Assembly: GCA_964016885.1 (NCBI GenBank)
Contig: OZ024754.1
Coordinates: forward strand, 19,034,001 to 19,098,000
DNA from: Eledone cirrhosa
Lineage: Eukaryota
Length of the DNA: 64,000 nucleotides
Direction: 5' to 3'
The first letter of the stretch is position 1, and every line of letters begins with the position of its first letter. A program made the position numbers and the translations under genes. Shown one piece after another: positions 32,364-48,268 of the stretch. The notes under the pieces are model-generated. The model did no database searches. It had not been told where the DNA came from and was given only the letters and a program-made list of their open reading frames with translations.

Positions 32364-35300
32364 CTGTTGTTGTTGTGACTGCTGTTGTTACTCTTACTGC
32401 TGCTGTTGTTACTCTTACTGCTGCTGATGTTAATGTTACTGCTGCAGCTGTTGTTACTGTTACTGCTGCTGTTGTTACCGTTACTGTTGCTGTTGTTACA
32501 GTTACTGTTGCTGTTGTTACTGTTACTGCTGCTGTTGTTACTGTTACTGCTGCTGCTGTTGTTACTCTTAATGCTGCTGATGTTAATGTTACTGCTGCTG
32601 TTGTTACTGTTACTGCTGCTGTTGTTACTGTTACTGCTGCTGTTGTTGTTAATGTTACTGCTGCTGCTGTTGTTACTGTTACTGCTGCTGTGTTGTTGAT
32701 GTTACTGCTGCTGTTGTGGTTACTGTTACTGCTGCTGTTGGTGATGCTGCTGTTGTTACTGTTACTGCTGCTGTTGTTACTGTTACTGCTGCTGTTGTTA
32801 CCGTTACTGTTGCTGTTGTTACTGTTACTGTTGCTGTTGTTACTGTTACTGCTGCTGTTGTTACTGTTACTGCTGCTGTTGATGTTACTGTTACTGCTGC
32901 TGTTTTGTTACTGTTACTGCTGCTGTTGTTACTGTTACTGCTGCTGTTGATGTTACTGTTACTGCTGTTGTTGTTACTGTTACTGCTGCTGTTGTTAATG
33001 TTACTGCTGCTGTTGTTACTGTTACTGCTGCTGTTATTATTACTGTTACTGTTGATGTTGTTACTGTTACTGCTGCTGTTGTTACTGTTACTGCTGCTGT
33101 TGTTACTGTTACTGCTGTGGTTGTTACTGTTACTGTTGCTGTTGTTACAGTTACTGCTGCTGTTGTGTTACTGTTACTGCTGCTGTTATTACTGTTACTG
33201 CTGTTGTTCTTACTGTTACTGTTGCTGATGTTGTTACTGTTACTGCTGCTGTTGATACTGTTACTGCTGCTGTTGTTACTCTTACTGCTGCTGTTGTACT
33301 GTGACTGCTGCTGTTGTACTGTTACTGCTGCTGTTCTTAATGTTACTGCTGATGTTGTTGTTAGTATTACTGTTGGTGTTGTTACTGTTACTGGTACTGC
33401 TGTTGTTACTGTTACTGTTGTTGTTACTGCTACTGCTGCTGCTGTTTCTGTTACTGCTGCTGTTGTTACTGTTACTGCTGCTGTTGTTATTGTTACTGCT
33501 GCTGTTGGTACTGTTACTGCTGCTGTTGTAATAGTTAATGCTGCTGTTGTTACAGTTACTCCTGCTGTTGTTACTGTTACTGCTGCTGTTGTTACTGTTA
33601 CTGCTGTTGTTGTTGCTGTTACTGCTGCTGTTGTTACTGTTACAGTAGCTATTGTTACTGTTACTGCTGCTGTTGTTACTGTTACTGCTTCTGTTGTTAC
33701 TGTTACTGCTGCTGTTGTTACTGTTACTGCTGCTGTTGTTACTGTTACTGCTGCTGTTGTGTTACTGTTACTGCTGCTGCTGTCGTTACTGTTACTGCTG
33801 CTGTTGTTGTCACTGTTACTGCTGCTGTTACTGTTACCGTTGCTGTTGTTGTTACTATTACTGCTGCTGCTGTTGTTACTGTTACTGCTGCTGTTGTTGT
33901 TACTGTTGCTGCTGTTGTTGTTACTGTTACTGTTGCTGCTGTTGCTATTGTTACTGTAACTGCTGCTGTTATTACTGATACTGCTGCTGTTGTTACCGTT
34001 ACTGCCGCTGCTGTTGTTACTGTTACTGCTGCTGTTGTTTCTGTTACTATTACTGCTGCGGTTGTTACTGTTGCTGCTGCTGTCGTTACTGTTACTGCTG
34101 CTATTGTTACTGTGACTGCTGCTGTTGTTGTTACTGTTGATGCTGTTGTCGTTACTGTTACTGTTGCTGTTGTTACTGTTCCTGCTGTGCTATTGTTACT
34201 GTAACTGCTGCTGTTATTACTGTTACTGCTGCTGTTGTTACTGTTACTGCTGCTGCTGTTGTTACTGTTACTGCTGCTGTTGTTACTGTTACTATTACTG
34301 CTGCGGTTGTTACTGTTACTGTTGATGTTGTTACTGTTACTGCTGCTGTTGTTACTGTTACTGCTGCTGTTGTTACTGTTACTGCTGTGGTTGTTACTGT
34401 TACAGTTGCTGTTGTTACAGTTACTGCTGTTGTTGTGTTACTGTTGCTGCTGTTGTACTGTTACTGCTGCTGTTGTTACTCTTACTGCTGCTGTTGTTAC
34501 TCTTACTGCTGCTGTTGTACTGTGACTGCTGCTGTTGTACTGTGACTGCTGCTGTTGTTACTGTTACTGCTGCTGTTCTTAACGTTACTGCTGATGTTGT
34601 TGTTAGTATTACTGTTGGTGTTGTTACTGTTACTGTTACTGCTGTTGTTACTGTTACTGCTGTTGCTACTGCTACTGCTGCTGCTGTTTCTGTTACTGCT
34701 GCTGTTGTTACTGTTACTGCTGCTGTTGTTACTGTTACTGCTGCTGTTGGTACTGTTACTGCTGCTGTTGTAATAGTTACTGCTGCTGTTGTTACTGTTA
34801 CTCCTGCTGTTGTTACGGTTACTGCTGCTGTTGTTACTGTTACTGCTGTTGTTGTTGCTGTTACTGCTGCTGTTGTTACTGTTACTGTAGCTATTGTTAC
34901 TGTTACTGCTGCTGTTGTTACTGTTATTGCTTCTGTTGTTACTGTTACAGCTGTTGTTGTTGTTACTGTTACTGCTGCTTATATTACTGTTACTGCTGCT
35001 GTTGTACTGTTACTGCTGCTGTAGCAATTGATACTGCTGCTGCTTTTTCTGTTGCTGCTGCTCTTGTTACTGTTACTGCTGCTGTTGTTACTGTTACTGC
35101 TGCTGCTGTTGTTACTATTACTGCTGCTGTTGTTACCGTTACTGCTGTTGTTGTCACTGTTACTGCTGCTGTTGTTACTGTTACTGCTGCTGTTGTTACA
35201 GTTACTGCTGCTGTTGTTACTGTTAATGCTGATGCTGATGTTACTGTTACTGCTGCTGTTGTTACTGTTACTGCTGCTGTTGTTACTGCTGCTGTTGTTA

Positions 35301-38300
35301 CTGCTGCTGTTGTTACTGTTAATGCTGCTGCTGTTGTTACTGTTACTACTGCTGTTGTTACTGTTACTGCTGCTACTGTTACTGTTACTGCTGTTGTTGT
35401 TGCTGTTACTGCTGCTGCTGTTGTTACTGTTACTCTTGATGTTGTTACTGTTACTGCTGCTGTTGTTGTTACTGATGCTGCTGTTGTTACTGTTAATGCT
35501 GCTGCTGTTTCTGTTACTGCTGCTGTTGTTACTGTTACTGCTGCTGTTGTTACTGTTACTGCTGCTGTTGTTACTGTTACTGCTGCTGTTGAAATAGTTA
35601 CTGCTGCTGTTGTTACTGTTACTCCTGCTGTTGTTACTGTTACTGCTGCTGTTGTTACTGTTACTGCTGTTGTTGTTGCTGTTACTGCTGCTGTTGTTAC
35701 TGTTACTGTAGCTATTGTTACTTTTACTGCTGCTGTTGTTACTGTTATTGCTTCTGTTGTTACTGTTACTGCTGCTGTTGTTACTGTTACTGTTGCTGTT
35801 GTTACTGTTCCTGCTGTTGCTATTGTTACTGTTACTTCTGCTGTTGTTACTGTTACAGCTGTTGTTGTTGTTACTGTTACTGCTGCTTATATTACTGTTA
35901 CTGCTGCTGTTGTTGTTACTGTTACTGTTGTTGTTACTGTTACTGCTGCTGTTGTTACTGTTACTGCTGCTGTTGTTATTGTTACTGCTGTTGTTGTCAC
36001 TGTTACTGCTGCTGTTGTTACTGTTACTGCTGCTGTTGTTACTGTTACTGCTGCTGTTGTTACTGTTAATGCTAATGCTGATGTTACTGTTAATGCTGCT
36101 GTTGTTACTGTTACTGCTGCTGTTGTTACTGTTAATGCTGCTGTTGTTATTACTGTTACTGCTGCTGTTGTTACTGTACTGTTGCTGTTGTAACTGTTAC
36201 TGCTGCTGTTGTTACTGTTACTGCTGCTGTTGTTACCGTTACTGCTGCTGTTGTTACTGTTACTGCTGCTGTTGTTACTGTTACTGCTGCTGTTGTTACC
36301 GTTACTGCTGCTGTTGTTACTGTTACTGCTGCTGTTGTAACTGTTACTGCTGCTGTTGTTACTGTTATTGCTGCTGTTGGTACTGTTACTGCTGCTTTTG
36401 TTACCGTTACTGCTGCTGTTGTTACTGTTACTGCTGCTGTTGTAACTGTTACTGCTGCTGTTGTTACTGTTACTGCTGCTGTTGGTACTGTTACTGCTGC
36501 TTTTGTTACCGTTACTGCTGCTGTTGTTACTGTTACTGTTGCTGTTGTTACTGTTACTGCTGCTGCTGTTGTTACCGTCAATGCTGCTGTTGTTACTGTT
36601 ACTGCTGCTGTTGTTACTGCTGCTGTTGCTGTTGTTACCGTTACTGATGCTGTTGTTACCGTTAATGCTGCTGTTGTTATTGTTACTGCTGTTGTTGTTA
36701 CTGTTATTGCTGCTGCTGTTGTTACTGTTACTGCTGCTGCTGTTGTTACCGTTAATGCTGCTGTTGTTACTGTTACTGCTGTTGTTGTTACTGTAACTGC
36801 TGCTGCTGTTGTTACTGTTACTGCTGCTGCTGTTGTTACTGTTACTGTGCTGTTGTTACTGTTACTGCTGCTGTTGTTACCGTTACTGCTGCTGTTGTTG
36901 TTACTGTTACTGCTGCTGTTGTTACCGTTACTGCTGCTGTTGTTACTGTTACTGCTGCTGCTGTTGTTACTGTTACTGCTGCTGCTGTTGTTACTGTTAC
37001 TGCTGCTGCTGTTGTTACCGTTAATGCTGCTGTTGTTACTGCTAATGTTGCTGCTGTTGTTACTGTTACTGCTGCGGCTGTTGTTACTGTTACTGCTGCT
37101 GCTGTTACTGTTACTGCTGCTGCTGTTGTTACTGTTACTGCTGATGTTGTTACTGTTACTACTGCTGTTGTTACTGTTTCTGCTGCTGTTTTACTGTTAC
37201 TGCTGCTGTTGTTACTGTTACTGCTGCTGTTGTTATCGTTACTGCTGCTGTTGTTACTGTTACTGCTGCCGTTGTTACTGTTACTGCTGCTGTTGTTACC
37301 GTTACTGCTGCTGTTGTTACTGTTACTGCTGCCGTTGTTACTGTTACTGCTGCTGCTGTTGTTACCGTTAATGCTGCTGCTGTTGTTACTGTTACTGCTG
37401 CTGTTGTTACTGTTACTGCTGCTGTTGTTGTTACTGTTACTGTTGCTGCTGTTACTGTTACTGCTGCTGTTGTTACCGTTACTGCTGCTGTTGTTACTCT
37501 TACTGCTGCAGTTGTTACTGTTGCTGCTGTTGTTACTGTTACTGCTGCCGTTTTACTGTTAATGCTGCTGCTGTTGTTACTGTTACTGCTGTTGTTGTTA
37601 TTGTTACTGCTGCTGTTGTTACTGTTACTGCTGCTGTTGTTACCGTTACTGCTGCTGTTTTTGTCACTGTTACTGTTGCTGTTTACTGTTACTGCTGCTG
37701 TTGTTGTTACTGTTACTGCTGCTGTTGTTACTGTTACTGCTGCTGTTGTTACTGTTACTGCTGCTGTTGTTACTGTTACTGTTGCTGTTGTTACCGTTAC
37801 AGCTGCTGTTGTTGTTACTGTTACTGTTGCTGTTGTACCGTTAATGCTGCTGCTGTTGTTACTGTTACTGCTGCTGTTGTTACTGTTACTGCTGCTGTTG
37901 TTACTGTTACTGCTGTTGTTGTTACTGTTACTGCTGCTGCTGTTGTTACTGTTACTGCTGCTGTTGTTACTGTTACTGCTGCTGTTTTTACTGTTACTGC
38001 TGTTGTTGTTACTGTTAATACTGCTGCTGTTGTTACTGTTACTGTTGCTGTTGTTACTGTTACTGCTGCTGTTGTTACCGTTACTGCTGTTGTTGTTACT
38101 GTTACTGCTGCTGCTGTTGTTACTGTTACTGCTGCTGCTGTTGTTACTGTTACTGCTGCAGTTGTTACTGTTACTGCTGTTGTTGTAGCTGTTACTGCTG
38201 CTGCTGTTGTTACTGTTACTGCTGCTGCTGTTGTTACTGTTACTGCTGGTGCTGTTGTAACTGTTACTGTTGCTGCTGTTGTTACCGTTAATGCTGCTGT

Positions 38301-39272
38301 TGTTACTGTTACTGCTGTTGTTGTTACTGTTACTGCTGCTGCTGTCGTTACTGTTACTGCTGCTGCTGCTGTTGTTACCGTTAATGCTGCTGTTGTTACT
38401 GTTACTGCTGCTGCTGTTGTTACTGTTACTGCTGCTGCTGTTGTTACTGTTACTGCTGCTGCTGTTGTTACTGTTACTGCTGCTGCTGTTGTTACCGTTA
38501 ATGCTGCTGTTGTTACTGTTACTGCTGCTGCTGTTGTTACTGTTACTGCTGCTGCTGTTGTTACTGTTACTGCTGCTGCTGTTGTTACCGTTAATGCTGC
38601 TGTTGTTACTGTTACTGCTGCTGCTGTTGTTACCGTTACTGCTGCTGCTGTTGTTACTGTTACTGCTGTGTTGTTGTTACTGTTACTGCTGTTGTTGTTG
38701 CTGTTACTGCTGCTGTTGTTACTGTTACTGCTGCTGTTGTAACTGTTACTGCTGCTGCTGTTGTCACTGTTACTGCTGCTGCTGTTGCTGTTACTGCTGC
38801 TGTTGTTGTTGCTGTTACTGCTGCTGTTGTTACTGTTACTGCTGCTGCTGTTGTTACTGTTACTGCTGCTGTTGTTACCGTTACTGCTGCTGCTGTTGTA
38901 ACTGTTACTGCTGCTGCTGTTGTTACTGTTACTGCTGTTGTTGTTGCTGTTACTGCTGCTGTTGTTACCGTTACTGCTGCTGCTGTTGTTACCGTTACTG
39001 CTGCTGCTGTTGTTGTTGCTGTTACTGCTGCTGTCGCTGTTACTGTTACTGCTGCTGTCGCTGTTACTCTGTTGCTGTTGTTACTGTTACTGCTGCTGCT
39101 TTTGTTACTGCTGCTGTTGTTACTGTTACTGCTGCTGTTGTTACTGTTACTGCTGCTGCTATTGTTACTGCTGCTGTTGTTACTGTTACTGCTGCTGTTG
39201 TTACTGTTACTGCTGCTGCTGTTGTTACTGTTACTGCTGCTCATATTACTGTTACTCCTGCTGTCGCTGTAA
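32364..39272 (+). repeat. 21/24-bp triplet-based minisatellite GTTACTGCTGCTGTTGTTACT
   Basis: Read directly; about 6.9 kb. Confidence 0.96.
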
Positions 39273-39600
39273 CCAATACTTCGGCTAACGTCAACTGGAA
39301 GTCTGTGTGTCGTGGTTCAGGTAAGTGATAACACGTGACTCGTACAACGTGCGAGAACAGAGAGATAAAGAGAAAGTGGAGAGAATAGACAGAGAAAGAG
39401 AGAGAAGTAGGAAGAGAGAGAGAGCGGAAGGGAGAGCAGGAGTGAGAGTGAAGAGTGAGAGTAGAGAGAGGAAGAGAATAAAAGAGAGAGAGGGGGGAGA
39501 AAAGAGAGAAAGGAATCGATAATATTGAAATAAATCGGAATACACTTGTTTCATAACCAAACGTTATTGCACTCAATACGAAGTGTAAAATCTAATACGG

Positions 39601-39702
<102 letters not shown>

Positions 39703-39714
39703 AATAAAGGTACA

Positions 39715-40890
<1,176 letters not shown>

Positions 40891-40921
40891 ATGTATATAT
40901 ATGTGTGTTTATGTGAGATAG

Positions 40922-41098
40922 AATAATTGTTTCTACTTTTGGCACAAGGCCATCAATTACCCAGTACATTACTGGTACTTTATTTTATCGATCCCGTAAG
41001 GATGAAAGGCAAAGTTAACCTCGGCGAGATTTGAACTCAGACCGCCAAGGGGCGTAACTATGCTGGAAAGCATGGCGTCCGATCCTCTACCGATACTG
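40922..41098 (-). mobile_element. tRNA-derived SINE with TSD tgtgagatagaataat
   Basis: Consensus match; the 16-bp flank occurs at ~40912 and ~41097. Confidence 0.85.
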
Positions 41099-41156
41099 TG
41101 AGATAGAATAATAGGCGCCAGTCTATGTAATTATATATGTATGCATATACATACAT

Positions 41157-41190
<34 letters not shown>

Positions 41191-41210
41191 CATACACACA
41201 CGCATATAAA

Positions 41211-41259
<49 letters not shown>

Positions 41260-41555
41260 TAAAGATTAAAGAGAGAGAAAGCTGTGTGTAAGGGAAAGCT
41301 GAAAAACTGGAACTATATCAAATCATTTTTTTTTTGTTTCTCTTTACATCACTAGATTTCCAAACTGGCATCGTAGTGACTGTTTAAAAAAACACTTTTT
41401 TCTATATGATATATATAATATATATATATATATACGGAATGTAGAAAAGTGACACATGAGTTGATATGTATAAACAAATAGTAAAAAGGAAAAAATACAG
41501 TAGAAAATGGTGGAGGGATTTTTTCAGTATAACATCAAAATATTTATTAATAAAG

Positions 41556-41864
41556 TGGGGATTTCCGCAATTAATAGTGGTACCGGTTTCAGCATTATAT
41601 GCTTTTTCAAAAATGGAAGTATAAAGTGCAGTTAAATTGCATGTCTGAGGCTCGTTGACCAACTAGCAGAGAGCGAAAGAGAACCTCAGACAGAAGCATG
41701 AACTCTCCTCTCTAAATATGTATGTAAAAGCTAATAATATTTCTTCTCCATTTTATTATTATTCGTATAAATATGCAATTTAACTGCACTTCACACTTCT
41801 ATCGTTGAAAAAGCATATAATGCTGAAACCGGTACCAGTATTAAATGCGGAAATCCCCACTTTA
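41556..41864. repeat. Inverted pair of ~90-bp repeats, each with a decayed hammerhead-like motif
   Basis: 41556-41643 is the approximate reverse complement of 41771-41864. Motif TGAAAA-agcatataatgct-GAAAC-cg-GTA. Confidence 0.7.
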
Positions 41865-41871
41865 TATATAA

Positions 41872-41941
<70 letters not shown>

Positions 41942-41955
41942 ACAATCACACAATC

Positions 41956-41987
<32 letters not shown>

Positions 41988-42279
41988 ATATATATATATA
42001 TAAACATATTACACAAAATCACTGATGGGTTGATCCCAGTAAGATAATTTAAATTAAGAACACTTGACATGCATCTTATCATCGGGGATGTAGTCTTAAA
42101 GAAATATCATGGTGGAGATAGAATAAAAAATTAAAATGCCGAATCGGTCGGTACCCGGGAAATGACGGCTCTCTCTACTGCAATTCCCCGGGGTAGGGGA
42201 AACTAATAATCAACTGAAAGGACAATGATTATAACATCCTCATTGACAGCCTGAATCTCGCCAAAGTAAACACTGTCTT

Positions 42280-42940
42280 TGGTACAAGGAACGTCCGCAT
42301 TTTGTGTGTTTGTGGAAGGATGAAAGAATTTACAAACTTTCTAGATTCACGTGAGATATCTTAAGGTTGGCTGTGTTTGGTAGACTGGGTTTGGTGAACC
42401 GAGCACACAAGAAGGCCGCAAATTGTGATACAGCAGAGATTATACCAAGCAGCAATATAGAGTAGTGGGTCTTATCATTAACAAGACCAGAGTAAGCTCA
42501 GTTATCAGTTGTATACCAGTATTTAGCAGGCCCAGCGCCACACGTGATGCTGCAAGGCCACAGAACTTTGCCATTATACAGGTTTAGGCTCCAACATCGC
42601 CAAAGAATAGCGATGTTGCCATTGAAACGTTTTATTGGGACCAAGAGAAGATCAGGATAGCTCCAAAGAAAGATGCCCTCATCGTCTAAGGATACTGGAA
42701 TGCCAAATTAGGCCCGAGTGTATATTATCAATTAGTAGGGATAGCGGAGAAACTTGGAACTGGAGAAACCAACAACTGCGAATTGTAACACTTAGAATTT
42801 AGCAGCAGCTTCAAGCTGTAGTTAATGGTCCCAAGACCTAGCAGTAAATAACATGGAATTTGGTGGAACTCATAACAAGGTTGACTTCATTCTCACACCT
42901 CAGATGTTTAAGTCTAAGATTAATAAGGCCAAGATTAGGA
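42280..42940 (+). pseudogene. RTE-clade LINE APE endonuclease relic
   Basis: Manual translation: GTRNVRIL, IQV*APTS, IETFY, LIV*GYWNAKLG, GTGETN, NKVDFIL (cf. GTWNVRTL, IQVYAPTS, GDWNAKVG, NQIDFIL). Confidence 0.8.
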
Positions 42941-44002
42941 ACTTAAAGAAAGAAACAGAACTAATCCTGTAAGAGTCCTAGAAACTGTTGTTTTGTTTTG
43001 TTTTTCTTTACTTCTACTCTAGTTTTCAGTTTTGTTTTCCTCACTTGTTTCGTTCTGGCTTTCCCAAATCTATGCATGACATATATATGTATACATACAT
43101 ATGTATACATACATATATACATACATACACACATATGATAGTAGCCCCCTCGTTATCGAGTATGGCCATTGCACGATATAAAATTAGTAATAATTATCAA
43201 TTAATGCCATTGTGTAATGCCTGTACGTGAAGGTTTTTTTTTTTAAGTGAGGAAAGACTGTGCACTGAGCCAATCCCAAACCCGAAAAACAGAAAAGATC
43301 AACATTATCGGTAACTACTGAGCCGCAGGTTTTATGTCGAAGTTATCCCAGTTTTCTGAGTTGACATCTAGAAGAATGCCCTGACAAAGGCTAGGGTATC
43401 CAGCCCGATTATTTCTATGTCCCCGCGCATATACATACACATACATACATGTATATACATATATACACATATATACATATGTATATACATACATGGTGGC
43501 TGCCACTCGTTTTCGAGTACGGCCACTACTTTCTATCCATGTAGGAGAACCCCTACTGATGCGCTGAACGAGTGTGACATTTTAGTCCAGCCAGCGACTT
43601 GAAAACTCTGGTACAAACACTACACTTGTGACAATTATTGACACATAGTGCTGGGCCCATGGTACCATGTGACGACAAGTGCAGGGAGATCTCCAGATAT
43701 AAAGCAATGCCTGTGCCGTGAAGCTTTTATAGTGAGCAAAGGCACTGCACAAAGCCAGTCCCACTGTCTTAACCAAGATGATATTTACCAAAAAGAAGAA
43801 CAAGTCAACATCATTGGATACCATCAGAGTTGCAGGTGTTATATCAGAGTTTTCCTTCTCCTAGAATTCTGCATTGACAAAGGCTAAGGGGTCATCTCTC
43901 CCGGTGATTTTGGATGGCCATTGACTCTTAAGAGCTCCTTTGCCCTTTGACATACATACATACATACATACATGCATACATACATACATACATTATATAT
44001 AT

Positions 44003-44192
44003 AGGGCGGTGGATTGGCAGTATCGGTAGGGGGTCGGATGCCATGCTTTGACGCATAGAGTTACGGCCCTTGCCATTCTGAGTTCAAATCCCGCCGAGGT
44101 TAACTTTGCCTTTCATCCTTACGGGGTCGATAAAATAAAGTACCAGTAATGTACTGATTAATTGCTGGCCTTGTGCCAATAGTAGAAACAAA
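44003..44192 (+). mobile_element. Full-length tRNA-derived SINE
   Basis: gggcggtggattggcagtatcggtag (A-box-like) ... gagttcaaatccc (B box) ... gcctttcatccttacggggtcgataaaataaagtaccag (conserved central domain, resembling the Meta-type domain from recall) ... gtagaaacaaatata. Confidence 0.9.
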
Positions 44193-44193
44193 T

Positions 44194-44510
<317 letters not shown>

Positions 44511-44607
44511 ATATATATATATATATATATATACATATATATATGTGTGTGTGTGTGCGTGCATATACATGCATACAGACAGAGAGAGAGAGAGGGATAG
44601 AGAGAGT

Positions 44608-44654
<47 letters not shown>

Positions 44655-44672
44655 AGAGAGAGAGAGAGAGAG

Positions 44673-44724
<52 letters not shown>

Positions 44725-45120
44725 GGAGAGAGAGAGAGAGAGAGAGAGAGATGGATATATTAGATAGATAGATAAACAAATACATCGGAAGTGACACACT
44801 CTCAATCTCACACACACATTTAGCTTTGTAAAACAAATATCTCTACACACACCTCCACCCACTCAGGAACATTCTCCACATATATACACGTACCCGAACA
44901 ACACAAACATATATATAAACATATATCCTACTACAAAACTATATATAGCACCCAGGTTAGGCTTCTGTTCTTTATATATATATATATAAACTTTTATACT
45001 CTGCTATGTATTGAGTACCTTACTGTGGTTACCTCCGATTTAACCCGGAATAACTTACCTATATATATATAATACACACACACATATAAATTATATATCT
45101 ATCTTTAGTCTTATTTTCTT

Positions 45121-45197
<77 letters not shown>

Positions 45198-45427
45198 GTG
45201 TATAAAACACACACGCACATATACTCGTATATATACTCGTATATATACTCGTATATATATCTTTGGTCTTATTTTCTCTGCTCATTCTTGTACCAAACCT
45301 CTCTGTTCTGTTCCTCTCTCCTACCATAACATATGCGGTGTCTATCAAGGACAGCTAAAGCGAACAGCAACAACAACAACATCATCAAAATAAACAAAAA
45401 ATAACAACTACAACAAAGAAAAAACAG

Positions 45428-45458
<31 letters not shown>

Positions 45459-45938
45459 GCAATGCAGCACTCATGTTTCCTCCCCCTCGTCAGCCGACTG
45501 CAGCTCTGACTCCCACTCTCACTCCCAACCAGCGTGATGAAAGTCAAGACTCTATTTTGCACAGTCGACAACGAGCTGTAATGGTAGAGAGACAACCCTT
45601 ATAAGTACATTGCAATATTTCGACACAGGAGAAACTGGATATTTTAGCGAAACGGTGTTGTTTCGGCACAGACTTCGACATCCCAGCGCCATGCATGTCT
45701 GCAGAGCTACCTTTCTCCCTACTTTCCTACCTACCTACCTTACATTACATTACACTGCTTACCTTCGCTTACCTACCGTGTCTAATGTTAAGCTTACCTG
45801 TTTCCTAAACCTATATCTATATAGCTATCTATACCATTTCCACTTCACAAAATACCTACATCATATTATATATACGCGCGCACACACACACATATGTATA
45901 TATATATACATATATTCGTATATATACACATTAATATG

Positions 45939-46127
45939 AATAATTGTTTCTACTTTTGGCAAGCAAAAGGCCAGCAATTACCCAGTACATTACTGGTACT
46001 TTATTGTATCGACCCCGTAAGGATGAAAGGCAAAGTTAACCTCGGCGGGATTTGAACTCAGACCGTAAAGGGACGTAACTATGCTGGAAAGCATGGCGTC
46101 CGACTCTCTACTGATACTGCCAATCCA
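45939..46127 (-). mobile_element. tRNA-derived SINE with TSD cacattaatatgaataat
   Basis: Consensus match; flank repeated at ~45927 and ~46126. Confidence 0.87.
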
Positions 46128-46166
46128 CATTAATATGAATAATACACGCATATTATATATATATAT

Positions 46167-46200
<34 letters not shown>

Positions 46201-46321
46201 TCGTATATATACACATTAATATGAATAATACACGCATATTATATATATATTTATATATATATATATATTTAAGGTATGGCTAAAATATTTAAGGAGCACG
46301 CACACTAATATACATACTAAT

Positions 46322-46396
<75 letters not shown>

Positions 46397-46836
46397 CCAT
46401 ACCCTTTGTTGACATAGTCGTATTATTTCTTCCCCTTTCCACATATCTATAAGGCCATTATTAGTAGGGCCAAACTTGCTGAGTGAATATACTTCGTCGA
46501 GATCTCTTAATATCGAAACGTCCGTTACTTTCACCAAGACGGCTTACAGACGAAGTCCACACCGACTGGAATGTCTCAAGTTATTCTAAAAGACTTGAAT
46601 CAGTCAAAGTTATAGAACTTCTCTCTCTTACTTGCTTTCCACCACATGAACATCCGTAAAGGGAGTTTTGATCATAAAATTACGAGTATAATGGTGGCTG
46701 ATTGAAGTTTTTCCCCACTCACTATATTTAGACAGCGAGACTATATATGTGTGTGTGTGTATATATATATTATTCAGAGCACCCCCATCCGCCCGAGAAT
46801 TTTTCATGTTACCTTTTGTTCACGTACGCACATGCC

Positions 46837-46875
<39 letters not shown>

Positions 46876-46964
46876 GGGGGGGGGAGAAAGATGTATGTAG
46901 CAAGATCTGTGGGTAGGAAAAAGGAAAACAGTTCTCAATCGGTAAGAGAGCAGAAATAATATAC

Positions 46965-47218
46965 ATATTATGTTATTTATTTATGTCATACACAGAACAA
47001 AAGCGCTCCCCAAGGTTTCACGGTACAAGTATTGGTCATAGCTCCAGGATGTAAAAAGGATCAAAAGTATGGCCTAATTCCAGAGGCTTTTACGAGTTTA
47101 TAAGCGCGTGAAGATAAGTCATAATTTTGATCCCTCTTACATTCTGGAGCTATGGTCAATACTGGCCCTTGAAACCTTGAGTAGCGCTTTGATGAACATA
47201 AATAAATAATATAATATA
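46965..47218. mobile_element. MITE/foldback-like element with ~105-bp imperfect terminal inverted repeats
   Basis: aaagcgct..ccaaggtttca....agtattggtcatagctccaggatgtaa..aggatcaaaa.tatg pairs with cata.ttttgatcc..ttacattctggagctatggtcaatact....tgaaaccttg..agcgcttt. Confidence 0.7.
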
Positions 47219-47989
47219 TATTAGGAGAAGGAGGGAGCACAAAGCATAATAATAGATGTAGACTAATTTCCAAATCTATCTCAAGTGAAATCATTAAGCA
47301 AAAATATAATTAGTCAAGGGTGGAAATAATTTGGAGAAGAATCTACTAGAGATAAACTCTCAGATTTTAATACCCCACTATCTCAGCCAGATCTGTCAAC
47401 ATTTAAAACATATCAAACACTGAGCAATGTTAATAAAACAATGACTATGCTGGCTTTGAACAGGTCATATACTTTTAAACTGTATTATATCACGAACAGG
47501 TCATACCGAATCACTTCTGTGTTCTTGTGGTGACTATCCAGGGAATTCTTTGGCACTATTTATTCCAATGTAGAAACTACCAATCTGAGAGAGAGAGAGG
47601 GGGAGGCATTTTGAAACTGATCATTAAAAAACTGCCAAGATTGGAGATCTACCAACTATAAACAAGATCTTTCAGTACATGGTGGCTACAAAAAGATTCA
47701 ACAACAAAAAATTCTAACTGCTTTATAGCTGCCATTGTAGTTCACATAAAAAAAATCTTACTTATGTTTCTTTTGCAACCTGTTGACCTACCGCCTCTTT
47801 TTCTAAAATCTATCTATTTTGTTTCTGTTTTTTAATTGTAAGAAGTACAAGATACCTTTCCAAGTCTATCATGGATTACTAGCTCTATACTGATGTTTGA
47901 TTAAACACGCACACCTGCACGTACACACACACACAGATATTAATATATATATATATATATATATTAATATATATATATAGGGTAAAAGA

Positions 47990-48268
47990 GTAAAGACTCT
48001 TTGGTCACGAGTGATGGGATTTGCACCTAGAAAGTTGCCCCCCCCCCAAGGTTGTTTTGAGGAAGACCGGCAGTGCCCCATCCAATCAAGTCTCCTCTAC
48101 ACACGTCACCGATGTTGTCCAAGAGAAAAGCAATGACCGATACAACTTGGCATCAGTGACGTCACAACTCATTTCTACAGCTGCGTAAACTTGAAGAACG
48201 TGAAATAAAGTGCCTTGCTCAAGAAAACAACGCACAACCTGTCAGGGAATCGAATCCACAACTTCACG

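Noticed and set aside
27872-32950. 1692-aa and 1453-aa His/Thr/Leu/Ser-rich ORFs
   Set aside because: They arise from stop-free minisatellite units, are open in several frames and cross unrelated arrays.
32385-39244. Poly-Leu, Cys/Tyr and Thr-Ala-Ala (antifreeze- or mucin-like) ORFs
   Set aside because: Frequent frame switches within a triplet minisatellite. Only the 3' edge is kept, as a weak exon candidate.
44003-44100. tRNA gene
   Set aside because: The A and B boxes belong to SINE heads; no cloverleaf could be formed.
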